Assembly (NCBI RefSeq): GCF_006345805.1
Contig: NW_021827188.1
Coordinates: 1-10,997 of the forward strand
DNA: 10,997 bases
Direction: 5' to 3'
Source of the DNA: Octopus sinensis
Taxonomy: Eukaryota
Of this stretch, positions 1-8,138 are shown piece after piece. The notes beneath the pieces were generated by a model. That model was not told where the DNA came from. It ran no database searches and saw only the letters and a program-made list of their open reading frames with translations. The translations under genes and the position numbers were made by a program. The first letter of the stretch is position 1, and the number at the start of each line of letters is the position of its first letter.

Positions 1-41
1 AAGCATACATACATACACACATACATACATGGACAGATATA

Positions 42-152
42 GACTGGAACAACGTGAATTAAAGTGTCTTGCTCAAGGACACAACGCGTCGCCGGGAAGT
101 GAACTCACGACCCTGCGATCGCGAGCCAAATACCCTAACCACTAAGCCACTC
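42..152 (-). mobile_element. tRNA-derived SINE, 5' portion (family D: tRNA head plus CORE-like segment)
   Basis: Minus strand has A box TGGCTTAGTGG (149-139) and B-box-like GAGTTCACTTCCC (106-94), then TGTGTCCTTGAGCAAGACACTTT (83-61), which resembles the CORE-SINE motif. Bounded by CA/CATA microsatellite. Confidence 0.8.
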
Positions 153-166
153 GACTTCACACACAC

Positions 167-210
167 ACATATACGACGGTGTTCTTTCAGTCTTGGTCTA
201 CCAAATACAC
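167..210 (-). mobile_element. Short internal fragment of SINE family A
   Basis: ATATACGACGGTGTTCTTTCAGTCTTGGTCTACCAAATACAC aligns with 5765-5810 (ATATACACGATAGGGTTCTTTCAGTTTCCGTCTATCAAATCCAC). Confidence 0.6.
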
Positions 211-350
211 GTACAGCATCGTCACTAACTTCTACTATACGTTGTATATAAGTGCGTGTGTGTGTGTGCGTGTATCGCCATGTTGATTCGCTAGCTTCTG
301 CAAGCATTTTTTTTCTCTCCTTGTTTCCCTCCGTGTTTCTTTTCTGTGTA

Positions 351-388
351 TCTTTCTGTTGAAGAGCGTAGGCTCGAAATGTAAAAGA
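351..388 (+). ncRNA. Minimal type I hammerhead-ribozyme-like motif (A6U core variant)
   Basis: TCTTT-CTGTTGA-A-GAGC(GTAG)GCTC-GAAA-T-GTA-AAAGA. Stem I TCTTT/AAAGA (5 bp), stem II GAGC/GCTC (4 bp), loopless 2-bp stem III, GUA cleavage triplet. The core deviates from CUGANGA at A6. Confidence 0.5.
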
Positions 389-1263
389 CTTGTTTTATTT
401 ATATTCCTGAGCGCCATACTAATACAATTGTTTGTTTGTATTCCACCTGCCTTCGTCTTTTGTTTATTTTCATAAAGCTTCCCGTTTTATATATGCGTGT
501 ACGTCTGTATATTAAAATAGCGTACATACTTATTTTTAATACATTCTGGCAGATTCGAGCGTGAATATGCTAATCGCTGTTTGTATTTCCTTTCCAGCGA
601 AGACACTAGATTCATTGACATTTCGAGGTGGTTGTATTTCTTAAGGTCAAACCCTCCTCCGGATCATTAGACTAAACGTGAACAGCATAGAACAACTTAT
701 TTGTTTTCCAAATTCTATCTTGTCATTTCCATTTACAAGGGTTATTGAAATGCAGAATTATGGTAATTGTTATTCAACGGGCGTCTCTTTTAGCAATGTA
801 ACTTGTACTGTCAGTCCCTTAAATGCAACGGAAACCGAGATTATCTCCGGCTTAATAGGTCTCTAGGTTAGAAACCGACTTAACAATGGTTTTAATTCAA
901 CAACTAATAATATTTACAGATGTTAGCGTTGCTAATATCTGGAACGTGCCTTTGTTTGTCCTTATATGGTCATCCATCAATGTCTTTGCAGAATTACTTG
1001 CGTTTCGTGTCAGTTGAACGAATTACAAATGACACGTTGAATGCAGTCCTTAACTGCTAGCGTCTTCTTAATTACCTTACGGTTATAATCGATTGTTTCT
1101 CGATGCTCCCGTATGACCGCGGTCCTCAACGTATGAGGCACACAGAAAAACTAAAGCGTCTCTTGTATTTGATAGAATTGATGTCACTTCAGGCTGCGAA
1201 GTGTGTTGAAGAGGATCGTTTTGTTTTCTTTTTATTTGCTTCACTCATTTGATTTGAAGAATT

Positions 1264-1363
1264 TTTAGTCGAACAAAATTTTTTAAAAGCCGAGCACATA
1301 TTCTGTCGGTTTCTTTGCCGAACCGCTCCAAGTTATGAAGACGTGAACACACTAACACCAGTT
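1264..1363 (-). mobile_element. Degenerate SINE family A 3' fragment, interrupted by SINE B (resumes about 1886-1920)
   Basis: TTTTAGTCGAAC...TATTCTGTCGGTTTCTTTGCCGAACCGCTCCAAGTTATGAAGACGTGAACACAC aligns with 5580-5695. The continuation GGGGTACAAACACAC (1888-1902) matches 5709 onward. Confidence 0.65.
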
Positions 1364-1885
1364 GGCGAGCTGGCGGAATCGTTAGCACGCCGGGCGAAAT
1401 GCTTAGCGGTATTTCGTCTGCCGTTACGTTCTGAGTTCAAATTCCGCCGAGGTCGACTTTGCCTTTCATCCTTTCGAGGTCGATAAATTAAGTACCAGTT
1501 ACGCACTGGGGTCTGTCCTTCTTTGTCCTCTCTGTGTTTAGCCCCTTGTGGGTAGTAAAGAAATAGGTATCTCTTCTGCCGCTACGTTCTGAGTTCAAAT
1601 TCCGCCGAGGTCGTCTTTGCCTTTCATCCTTTCGGGGTCGATAAATTAAGTACCAGTTACGCACTGGGGTCTGTCCTTGTTTGTCCTCTCTGTGTTTAGC
1701 CCCTTGTGGGTAGTAAAGAAATAGGTATCTCTTCTGCCGCTACGTTCTGAGTTCAAATTCCGCCGAGGTCGACTTTGCCTTTCATCCTTTCGGGGTCGAT
1801 AAATTAAGTACCAGTTACGCACTGGGGTCTGTCCTTGTTTGTCCTCTCTGTGTTTAGCCCCTTGTGGGTAGCAAAGAAATAGGTA
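1364..1885 (+). mobile_element. tRNA-derived SINE family B with its 3' 158 bp tandemly triplicated
   Basis: A box TGGCGGAATCG (1371-1381) and B box GAGTTCAAATTCC (1433-1445). Central block GCCTTTCATCCTTTCGAGGTCGATAAATTAAGTACCAG (1461-1498) resembles a conserved SINE domain (Meta-type, from memory). Units start at 1408, 1566 and 1724. Confidence 0.85.
1408..1885 (+). repeat. Direct tandem repeat, 3 x 158 bp
   Basis: GGTAT recurs at 1408, 1566 and 1724, and GGTA at 1882. The units differ by only a few substitutions. Confidence 0.95.
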
Positions 1886-1889
1886 ATGG

Positions 1890-1934
1890 GGTACAAACAC
1901 ACAAACACACACACACATACACACACACGCACGC

Positions 1935-1965
<31 letters not shown>
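1890..1965. repeat. (CA)n microsatellite
   Basis: Directly visible. Confidence 0.95.
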
Positions 1966-1967
<2 letters not shown>

Positions 1968-1976
1968 TGTGCATAG

Positions 1977-2125
1977 GCATTCCGTCGGTTGCGACGACGA
2001 GCATTCCAGTTGATCTGATCAACCGAATAACCTACTCGTGAAATTAACGTGCATGTGGCTGAGCATTCCACAGACACGTGTACCTATAACGTAGTTATCA
2101 GGGAGATTCAGCGTGACACGAAAGT
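1977..2125 (-). mobile_element. 5'-truncated SINE family C (3' part only)
   Basis: GCATTCCGTCGGTTGCGACGACGAG...CCACAGACACGTGTACC...CAGCGTGACAC aligns with about 3855-4005. Confidence 0.85.
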
Positions 2126-2279
2126 CATCATCGTTGTCGTCATCATCGTTGATTCGTCATCATCATAATCATCATCAGCATCATCGCCGTCGTCTTCATT
2201 GTCATCATCATCATCGTCATCGTCGTCATTGTCATCATCATCATCATCATCATCATCGTCGTCGTCATCACCATCGTCG

Positions 2280-2326
<47 letters not shown>

Positions 2327-2456
2327 GTCATCATCGTCATCATCACCATCGTCATCCTCATCATCATCATCATCATCATCATCATCACTATAGTTCTCAT
2401 CAACCATCGTCGATGTCGTCATCCCCCTCCTCGTCATCACCATCGTCACCATCATC
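2126..2456. repeat. (CAT/CGT)n trinucleotide microsatellite
   Basis: Directly visible; it explains the poly-D, poly-H, poly-S and poly-M ORFs. Confidence 0.95.
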
Positions 2457-2489
2457 CCAGAACATTACTGTCTCAATTCGTAGGATGTG

Positions 2490-2707
2490 TAGGGGCCAGG
2501 TTGCCCGGTTTCCAAGTAGCATAAGTGACCGAGGTCACATCCGTCTTGAACCAGACGCAAAGTCCATCGCAGTGTGACCCATGTACAGCTGAATAAACCG
2601 GAGCAACTAAAAACTAAGTTTTTCTCAAGAAGACAAGACGCCCTCCGGAACGGAAACCGCGATTGTGCAATCGTGAGCGAAACACCTTAATCACCTGAGC
2701 ACGCGCC
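2490..2707 (-). mobile_element. Degenerate tRNA-derived SINE (family D-like) with CORE-like and V-like segments
   Basis: Minus strand reads GGCGCGTGCTCAGGTGATTAAGG (decayed A box), GGTTTCCGTTCC (decayed B box), TGTCTTCTTGAGAAAAACTT (CORE-like), then CTGCGATGGACTTTGCGTCTGGTTCA (V-domain-like). The head is similar to 42-152. Confidence 0.55.
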
Positions 2708-2904
2708 GTCTGCAAGAATTTTACGATTGCGGTAAGTTGCTCTTCAACTACAATGCCAAATAAGGAAGTAAAAGTCATTTATTTTTTATAAGAATTTAAT
2801 TAATTGTAATACGCATTAATTACTAAATGAAGACTAATATATTTTACATAGAAAAAAAAAAAAAACAGTTTCTATGTTACCTTTGGGCTTTCGTTTGTCT
2901 TTGC

Positions 2905-3110
2905 TTTATTTGTGTCAGCCATTGATCTGCGGCCAGTCTGGGGCACCGCCTTGGAATTTTAGTCGAACAAGTAGACTCCAGTACTTTTATATATATATAT
3001 ATATATAAAATTTTTTTTGAGGTCTGTTACTCTGATACTTATTCTATCGGTCGATTTTGTCGAACAGCTGAAGATACGAGGACGTAACCAAACCAACACC
3101 GGTTGCCAAG
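2905..3110 (-). mobile_element. Old SINE family A 3' half, split by (TA)n at 2987-3008
   Basis: Tail (minus) GGCGGTGCCCCAGACTGGCCGCAGATCAATGGCTGACAC (2950-2912). TTTTAGTCGAAC, TACTTATTCTATCGGTC and CGGTTGCCAAGCGA match the A copy at 5545-5705. Confidence 0.7.
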
Positions 3111-3200
3111 CGAACCCTAAGACACACCCACGCCCACATAAACACCCACACCCATACACCTACATGCATACATACGTACGTACATATATACATACATACA

Positions 3201-3391
3201 AGTGTGGCTGTGTGGTTATAAGCTTACTTTTCAACCACATGGTTCTGAGTTCAGTCCTACGGCGTGGCACCTTGGGTAAGTGTCTTGTACAACAGCCTCA
3301 GACCGACCAAAGCCTTGCGAGTGGATTTGGTAGACGAAAACCGAAAGAAACCCGTCGTATATATATATATATACACATGTGTGTGTATGTA

Positions 3392-3423
<32 letters not shown>

Positions 3424-3637
3424 TGTGTATCTTTGTATCTGTGTTTGTCCCACCACCAACGCTTGACAACTGATGCTGGTGTGTTTAGTCCCCGTAACTT
3501 AGCGGTTCGTCAAAAGAAACAGGATAAGTGCTAAGCTTACAAAGTACAAGTCCTGGAGTCGATTTCTTCGACTAAAAAACGCTTTAAGGCGGTGCTCCAG
3601 CATGGCCGCAATCAAATGACTGAAACAAGCAAAAAAT
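3201..3637 (+). mobile_element. Near full-length tRNA-derived CORE-like SINE (family A) with internal (TA)/(TG)n tract
   Basis: A box TGGCTGTGTGG (3205-3215), B box GAGTTCAGTCC (3247-3257), CORE-like GTGGCACCTTGGGTAAGTGTCTT (3264-3286), and 3' tail GGCGGTGCTCCAGCATGGCCGCAATCAAATGACTGAAAC (3588-3626). It is the inverted homolog of 5521-5935. Confidence 0.9.
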
Positions 3638-3658
3638 ATCTAAAAAACATACATAAAA

Positions 3659-3800
3659 TTTCCGTCTACTAAACCTGGTCGGTCCTGGGGCTCTTTTAGA
3701 AGACAACCCACCCAAGGTACCGCGCAGTGAAAACTCTCCTGAACGCGCGACCATGTGGTTGTAAAGCGAGCTTCTTAAACACTCAGCCACGCATGCGCCC
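3659..3800 (-). mobile_element. Highly degenerate SINE family A 5' head
   Basis: TTTCCGTCTAC...AGAAGACAACCCACCCAAGGTACCGCGCAGTG...ACCATGTGGTT...CAGCCAC aligns with 5789-5935. Confidence 0.65.
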
Positions 3801-3842
3801 GTACGAACTATCAGAAATAACAGACACACCTCTTGTCCTAAT

Positions 3843-4233
3843 GGATGGATGGAAGCACTCCGTCGGTTACGACGACGAGGGTTCCGGTTGATCCGAATCA
3901 ACGGAACAGCCTGCTCGTGAAATTAACGTGTAAGTGGCTGAGCACTCCACAGACACGTGTACCCTTAACGTAGTTCTCGGGGATATTCAGCGTGACACAG
4001 AGAGTGACAAGGCCGGCCCTTTGAAATACAGGTACAACAGAAACAGGAAGTAAGAGTGAGAGAAAGTTGTGGTGAAAGAGTACAACAGGGATCATCACCA
4101 TCCCCTGCCGGAGCCTCGTGGAGCTTTAGGTGTTTTCGCTCAATAAACACTCACAACGTCCGGTCTGGGAATCGAAACCGCGATCCTATGACCGCGACTC
4201 CACTGCCCCAACCACTGGGCTATTGCGCCTCCA
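3843..4233 (-). mobile_element. Full-length tRNA-derived SINE family C with 13-bp target-site duplication
   Basis: A box TAGCCCAGTGG (4222-4212), B box GGTTTCGATTCCC (4179-4167), (TCCA)n-type tail at 3843-3852, and perfect TSD CTCTTGTCCTAAT at 3830-3842 and 4234-4246. Confidence 0.92.
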
Positions 4234-4721
4234 CTCTTGTCCTAATAGTTCCTTACACCGAGGGTTTCCTATACATCGGATATGCATTTGATAACAAGTA
4301 CTCCAAAGGCCCTTTTCTCCTTCGCTTCCAATGTTCAGTTATTGTTTAGCAAGATAGGTTTATCTCTGTCTCCTGTTGGTTTATTTTCGTTTGTTCTATT
4401 CTTGTTTTGTTGCTGTTTATTTGTTTACTGAGTTGGAAGCTTGTTTCCGTAGAGCCTATTTTATTATGAAACTAAAACAACGCAGTGTTCTGCAAAATAA
4501 CAAAGGATTAAATTAGGAAAAAAAAAAAACGAGAAGTAGAATTCGAAGGAGATTACTTACAGTTAATCTATCGTTATAAAATGAACAGCGTTTGGAAGTC
4601 ATGTTCGTAGAAATTCTTCGTTCGTTTTCTATGTTCGCAGAAGTCGCTTCGTAGTACATACAGCCACGCACATGCGTACCTGCGCGCGCACACGTCTACT
4701 TCGTTCATTCATTAGACTGTA

Positions 4722-4760
4722 ATCTCACTGGGGCAGCGCCTCGTAGAGTATTAGTCGAAC
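4722..4760 (-). mobile_element. Decayed SINE A tail remnant, interrupted by SINE C (resumes about 5140-5197)
   Basis: CTGGGGCAGCGCC...TTAGTCGAAC before the C copy and GTCGACGCCCAGTACTTATTTTTTCAAGCGTGGTTCTTATTCT after it follow the order of the A tail at 5565-5640. Confidence 0.5.
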
Positions 4761-4761
4761 A

Positions 4762-5135
4762 GGAGGCGCAATGGCCCAGTGGTTAGGGCAGCGGACTCGC
4801 GGTCGGAAAATCGCAGTTTCGATTCCCAGACAGGGCATTGTGAGTGTTATTGAGCGAAAACACCTAAGGCTTCACGAGCTCCGGCAGGGGGTGGTGGTGA
4901 ACTCTGTGTACTCTTTCACCACAACTTCTCTCGCTCTTTCTTCCCTTTCTCTTGTACCTGTAATTTCAAAGGGCCAGCCTTGTCACATTCTGTGTGTCAC
5001 GCTGATCTCCTTGAGACTACGTTAAGGGTACACGTGTCTGTGGAGTGCTCAGCCATTGCACGTTAATATCACGAGCAAGCTGTTCCGTTGATCGTATCAG
5101 CTAGACCCTCATCGTCGCAACCGACGGAGTGCTCC
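4762..5135 (+). mobile_element. Full-length tRNA-derived SINE family C
   Basis: A box TGGCCCAGTGG (4772-4782) and B box GTTTCGATTCCC (4816-4827). Colinear with the reverse complement of 3853-4233, including a 40-nt perfect match (5016-5055 vs 3935-3974). Confidence 0.92.
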
Positions 5136-5203
5136 TAAAAAATTAGTGAGAAAAGTCGACGCCCAGTACTTATTTTTTCAAGCGTGGTTCTTATTCTAGT
5201 ACT

Positions 5204-5520
5204 ATTTATTTTTATTTATTTATTTTATATATTTATATTTATTTATCTAGTTTCAGCTCACGAGCTTGGCCATGCTGGGGCACCGCCAGTTGGTGTTGCT
5301 ACATGATTTTACTTCACGAATGCTTTTTTTAGCAATTGCCATTTGATGCATGAGAGAGTTCGATGCAGCTGCCCTCATCTGCACCTCCTCCGTCAAGTTG
5401 GTTTCATTGGGACACCTGACAGGAAGAGATCCATTTTTTTTAAAGACATCTGCATCAACCCCATGCAGATCTCTCAGGCTCTTCGGGAGGATATTGAAGA
5501 GCTGTGGGCCTCTATATATA
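5204..5520 (-). mobile_element. CR1/L2-type LINE 3' end (RT ORF C-terminus, 3' tail and (TAAA)n), 5'-truncated and frameshifted
   Basis: Minus translation RGPQLFNILPKSLRDLHGVDADVFKK; after a frameshift in the A-run, MDLFLSGVP; then RAAASNSLMHQ. This fits the GPxLFNxLP...FKxxLDxFL C-terminal pattern of CR1/L2-group RT proteins. (TAAA)n tail at 5204-5246. Confidence 0.8.
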
Positions 5521-5935
5521 TTCTCTTTTACTCTTTTACTTTTTTCAGTCATTTGACTGCGGTCATGCTGGAGCACCGCCTTTAGTCAAGCAAATCGTCC
5601 CCAGGAGCGTATTCTTTGTAAGCCTAGTATTTATCCTATTGGTCTCTTTTGCCGAACCGCTAAGTTACGGGGACGTAAACACACCAGCATCGGTTGTCAA
5701 GCGATGTTGGGGGTACAAACATAGACACACAAGCATTTACACACACATACATATATACAAATATATATACACGATAGGGTTCTTTCAGTTTCCGTCTATC
5801 AAATCCACTCACAAGGTTTTGGTAGGCCCGAAGCTATAGTAGAAGACATTTGCCCAAGGTGCCACGCAGTGGGACTGAACCCGGAACCATGTAGTTCGTA
5901 AGCAAGCTATTCACCACACAGCCACTCCTACGCCT
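5521..5935 (-). mobile_element. Full-length tRNA-derived CORE-like SINE (family A)
   Basis: A box TGGCTGTGTGG (5924-5914), B box GGGTTCAGTCCC (5882-5871), CORE-like GTGGCACCTTGGGCAAATGTCTT (5865-5843), tail GGCGGTGCTCCAGCATGACCGCAGTCAAATGACTGAAAA followed by (AAAAGAGT)-type repeats. Confidence 0.92.
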
Positions 5936-6098
5936 AATATATACTTGTATATATATATATATATAGATATATATATATATATATATACACCAATATATAT
6001 ATATACATACATATGTATATGTATGTATATGTGTGTGTATCTATCTATATAGGTACATTGACACACACGCGCGCATGCACACACACACACACGCACAT
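5936..6098. repeat. Compound (TA)n/(TATG)n/(CA)n microsatellite
   Basis: Directly visible. Confidence 0.9.
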
Positions 6099-7162
6099 GC
6101 TAGTGGCAAGCTTTGAGTACACTGCTTCTTGTAGCGGAAACAGCTGTAAGCTAATGAGCGTGATTACGTAACGCCCGTTTCCTTTGTCATTCATTAATTA
6201 ATATACGCTTATCTTGTTTTCGAGTGCGTCTATACAATTGTGCATATGTGAATGCATTAATCATTATTGATAGTGGTTAGAAACCGAATGCTATGCATTT
6301 TAATTAATTTATGCCACATTGCAAGCAATGGCAACAACATTCAATAATTTCCGATATAGTTTCCATTGATTTACGAAGAATTCCTTCGAGGAAGAAGCTA
6401 CATTATTTTCATTCCCATTCAAGCAAAGTATTGAATATGAAGAGTACAATCCGAAAGCGAGATGCAAACCACTTCATAAAAGAACTGTTGTGTTTTTGTT
6501 AATTTTTATCTCTCTATAAATTTATTCGAGAATTAAGAACCAGAATTGGAGTATTTTCTAGTCTTTTATTCAATTTCACGGTTTATCTGTATTTGTCTGT
6601 AAGGCAAAAGCACCGAATTTAGATTACGTTGCCCTAAGTCAGAAAGTTGAACGCTTTCGCAAAATGAGACAGACACATTTTTGTTTGTTTCTGTTGGTGG
6701 AGATGTATTTTATTTATTTTTTTTTTTTGCTTTTTCTTATTTATTCTATGGAGAAATATTCATATTGAAAAACGAAACACAAACAAAACTAAACTAAACG
6801 AAAAAAAATCTATAATTCATTTATATTTTTATCGATTCCTTATTTAAAAATAATAACAACAACAAGGACAATAAAAATACTATAAAAAGAATTGTGAAAC
6901 TGAAAGTACAGTAAATAGTTCTGGAACAGCGTGTGTCTAATATTTTTTTACGTTCATGCAGGGATGGAGAGAAAGACTCGATACTTAGAAAGAAAAAAAA
7001 CTTTGTACGGATGTTGTTAAAGTATTATTTAGACTGTAAGAGTCTCCAGGCATAAACGGAGAACCAAGTGAAGCAGAAGAATATTCGAATCCCCCAATGC
7101 ACTTGATTCTACTTCTATTAGTATAACAATACCATGGTGAACTACATAACTTTATACTATAC

Positions 7163-7449
<287 letters not shown>

Positions 7450-7941
7450 GAATTGTTGGTAACAATTCAAAGTGAATTATTCCTTTGCAATCCCACCAGA
7501 TAGAGAGAGAACCTTTTTTCCCATGAAGTTCCCTCTCGGTTGTGATTGAGCTTTTTTCTCCTTTACCAAGTCACTGTTTACGACGTTTACCAGTTTGATA
7601 GAAGATCCATTTTTCGTCACCAGTCAAAAGTCTATCCAAAATGGATGAAACAAGTTCGCGAGAATGGAGAGAAGAGCAGATGTCAACTCGGGACTTGCGG
7701 TTGCTTTCGGACAATTCACGAGACACCCATTTTCCAAGTTTAGGAACCTTTCCAAGTTGTTGAAGATGACGATGAACAGTTGTATGGTTTGAACTAAGCT
7801 TTATTGCCAATTATTCAAATGATAATGCAGGATTTTTTCAAGTAATGCTTCAAGGAGCTTATCATCAAACTCGACTGGACGTCCTGTTCAATCTTCATCT
7901 TCTGCAAACCATCTTCTGCAAGTTCTTTCATTCAAGCATTT
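7450..7941 (-). pseudogene. Mariner-family transposase fragment, inactive (stops, frameshifts, internal deletion, no TIRs seen)
   Basis: Minus translation CLNERTCRRWF...TGRPVEFD...HRHLQQLGKVPKLGKWVSREL (WVPHEL-like), LLTGDEKWIFY (first catalytic D, 7618-7607), then after a frameshift [16 protein letters not shown]. These are diagnostic mariner motifs. Confidence 0.92.
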
Positions 7942-8138
7942 TATATATATATATATATATTGGACTAATAGGTATTGATTAAAGTGTTGAAGTGTTGAAT
8001 AGAACACCGGCACAGTTTGGGTTGCCTGGTGTCATCTGCAGTCGGGGTATGTTAACGTTGGATCTACTTCAAGAACTCTGCTCTGTTAGTTGAGATAATG
8101 ATAAGTTATTAAGTAACCAAAAGATAGATTTAGTATTT

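Noticed and set aside
678-866. 62-aa plus-strand ORF
   Set aside because: Non-ATG start, no recognisable domain; within chance expectation.
1408-1885. CRISPR-like or tRNA gene array
   Set aside because: The units are contiguous 158-bp repeats with no unique spacers, and only the first has an A box; no cloverleaf or CCA end. The tRNA-like heads elsewhere run into SINE bodies and are not tRNA genes.
1646-2077. 143-aa minus-strand ORF
   Set aside because: It runs through SINE C, (TG)n and the SINE B tandem units, so it is a chance read-through of repeats.
2108-2577. Poly-Asp, poly-His, poly-Ser and poly-Met ORFs
   Set aside because: All are readings of one (CAT/CGT)n tract that lacks stops in several frames; there is no non-repetitive coding context.
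3069-3090. CTGAAGA...GTAAC resembling a hammerhead core
   Set aside because: It aligns to the SINE A body (GCTAAGTTACGGGGACGTAAAC) and has no stems.
5176-5188. 13-nt match TTTCAAGCGTGGT to the MITE right arm (8871-8883)
   Set aside because: It lies within a decayed SINE A tail and the match does not extend; treated as chance.
6311-6520. Short ORFs in the unique 6100-7150 segment
   Set aside because: Under 65 aa, no recognisable motif and no convincing splice sites. The scattered TAAT/TTAATTAA motifs are expected at this AT content.
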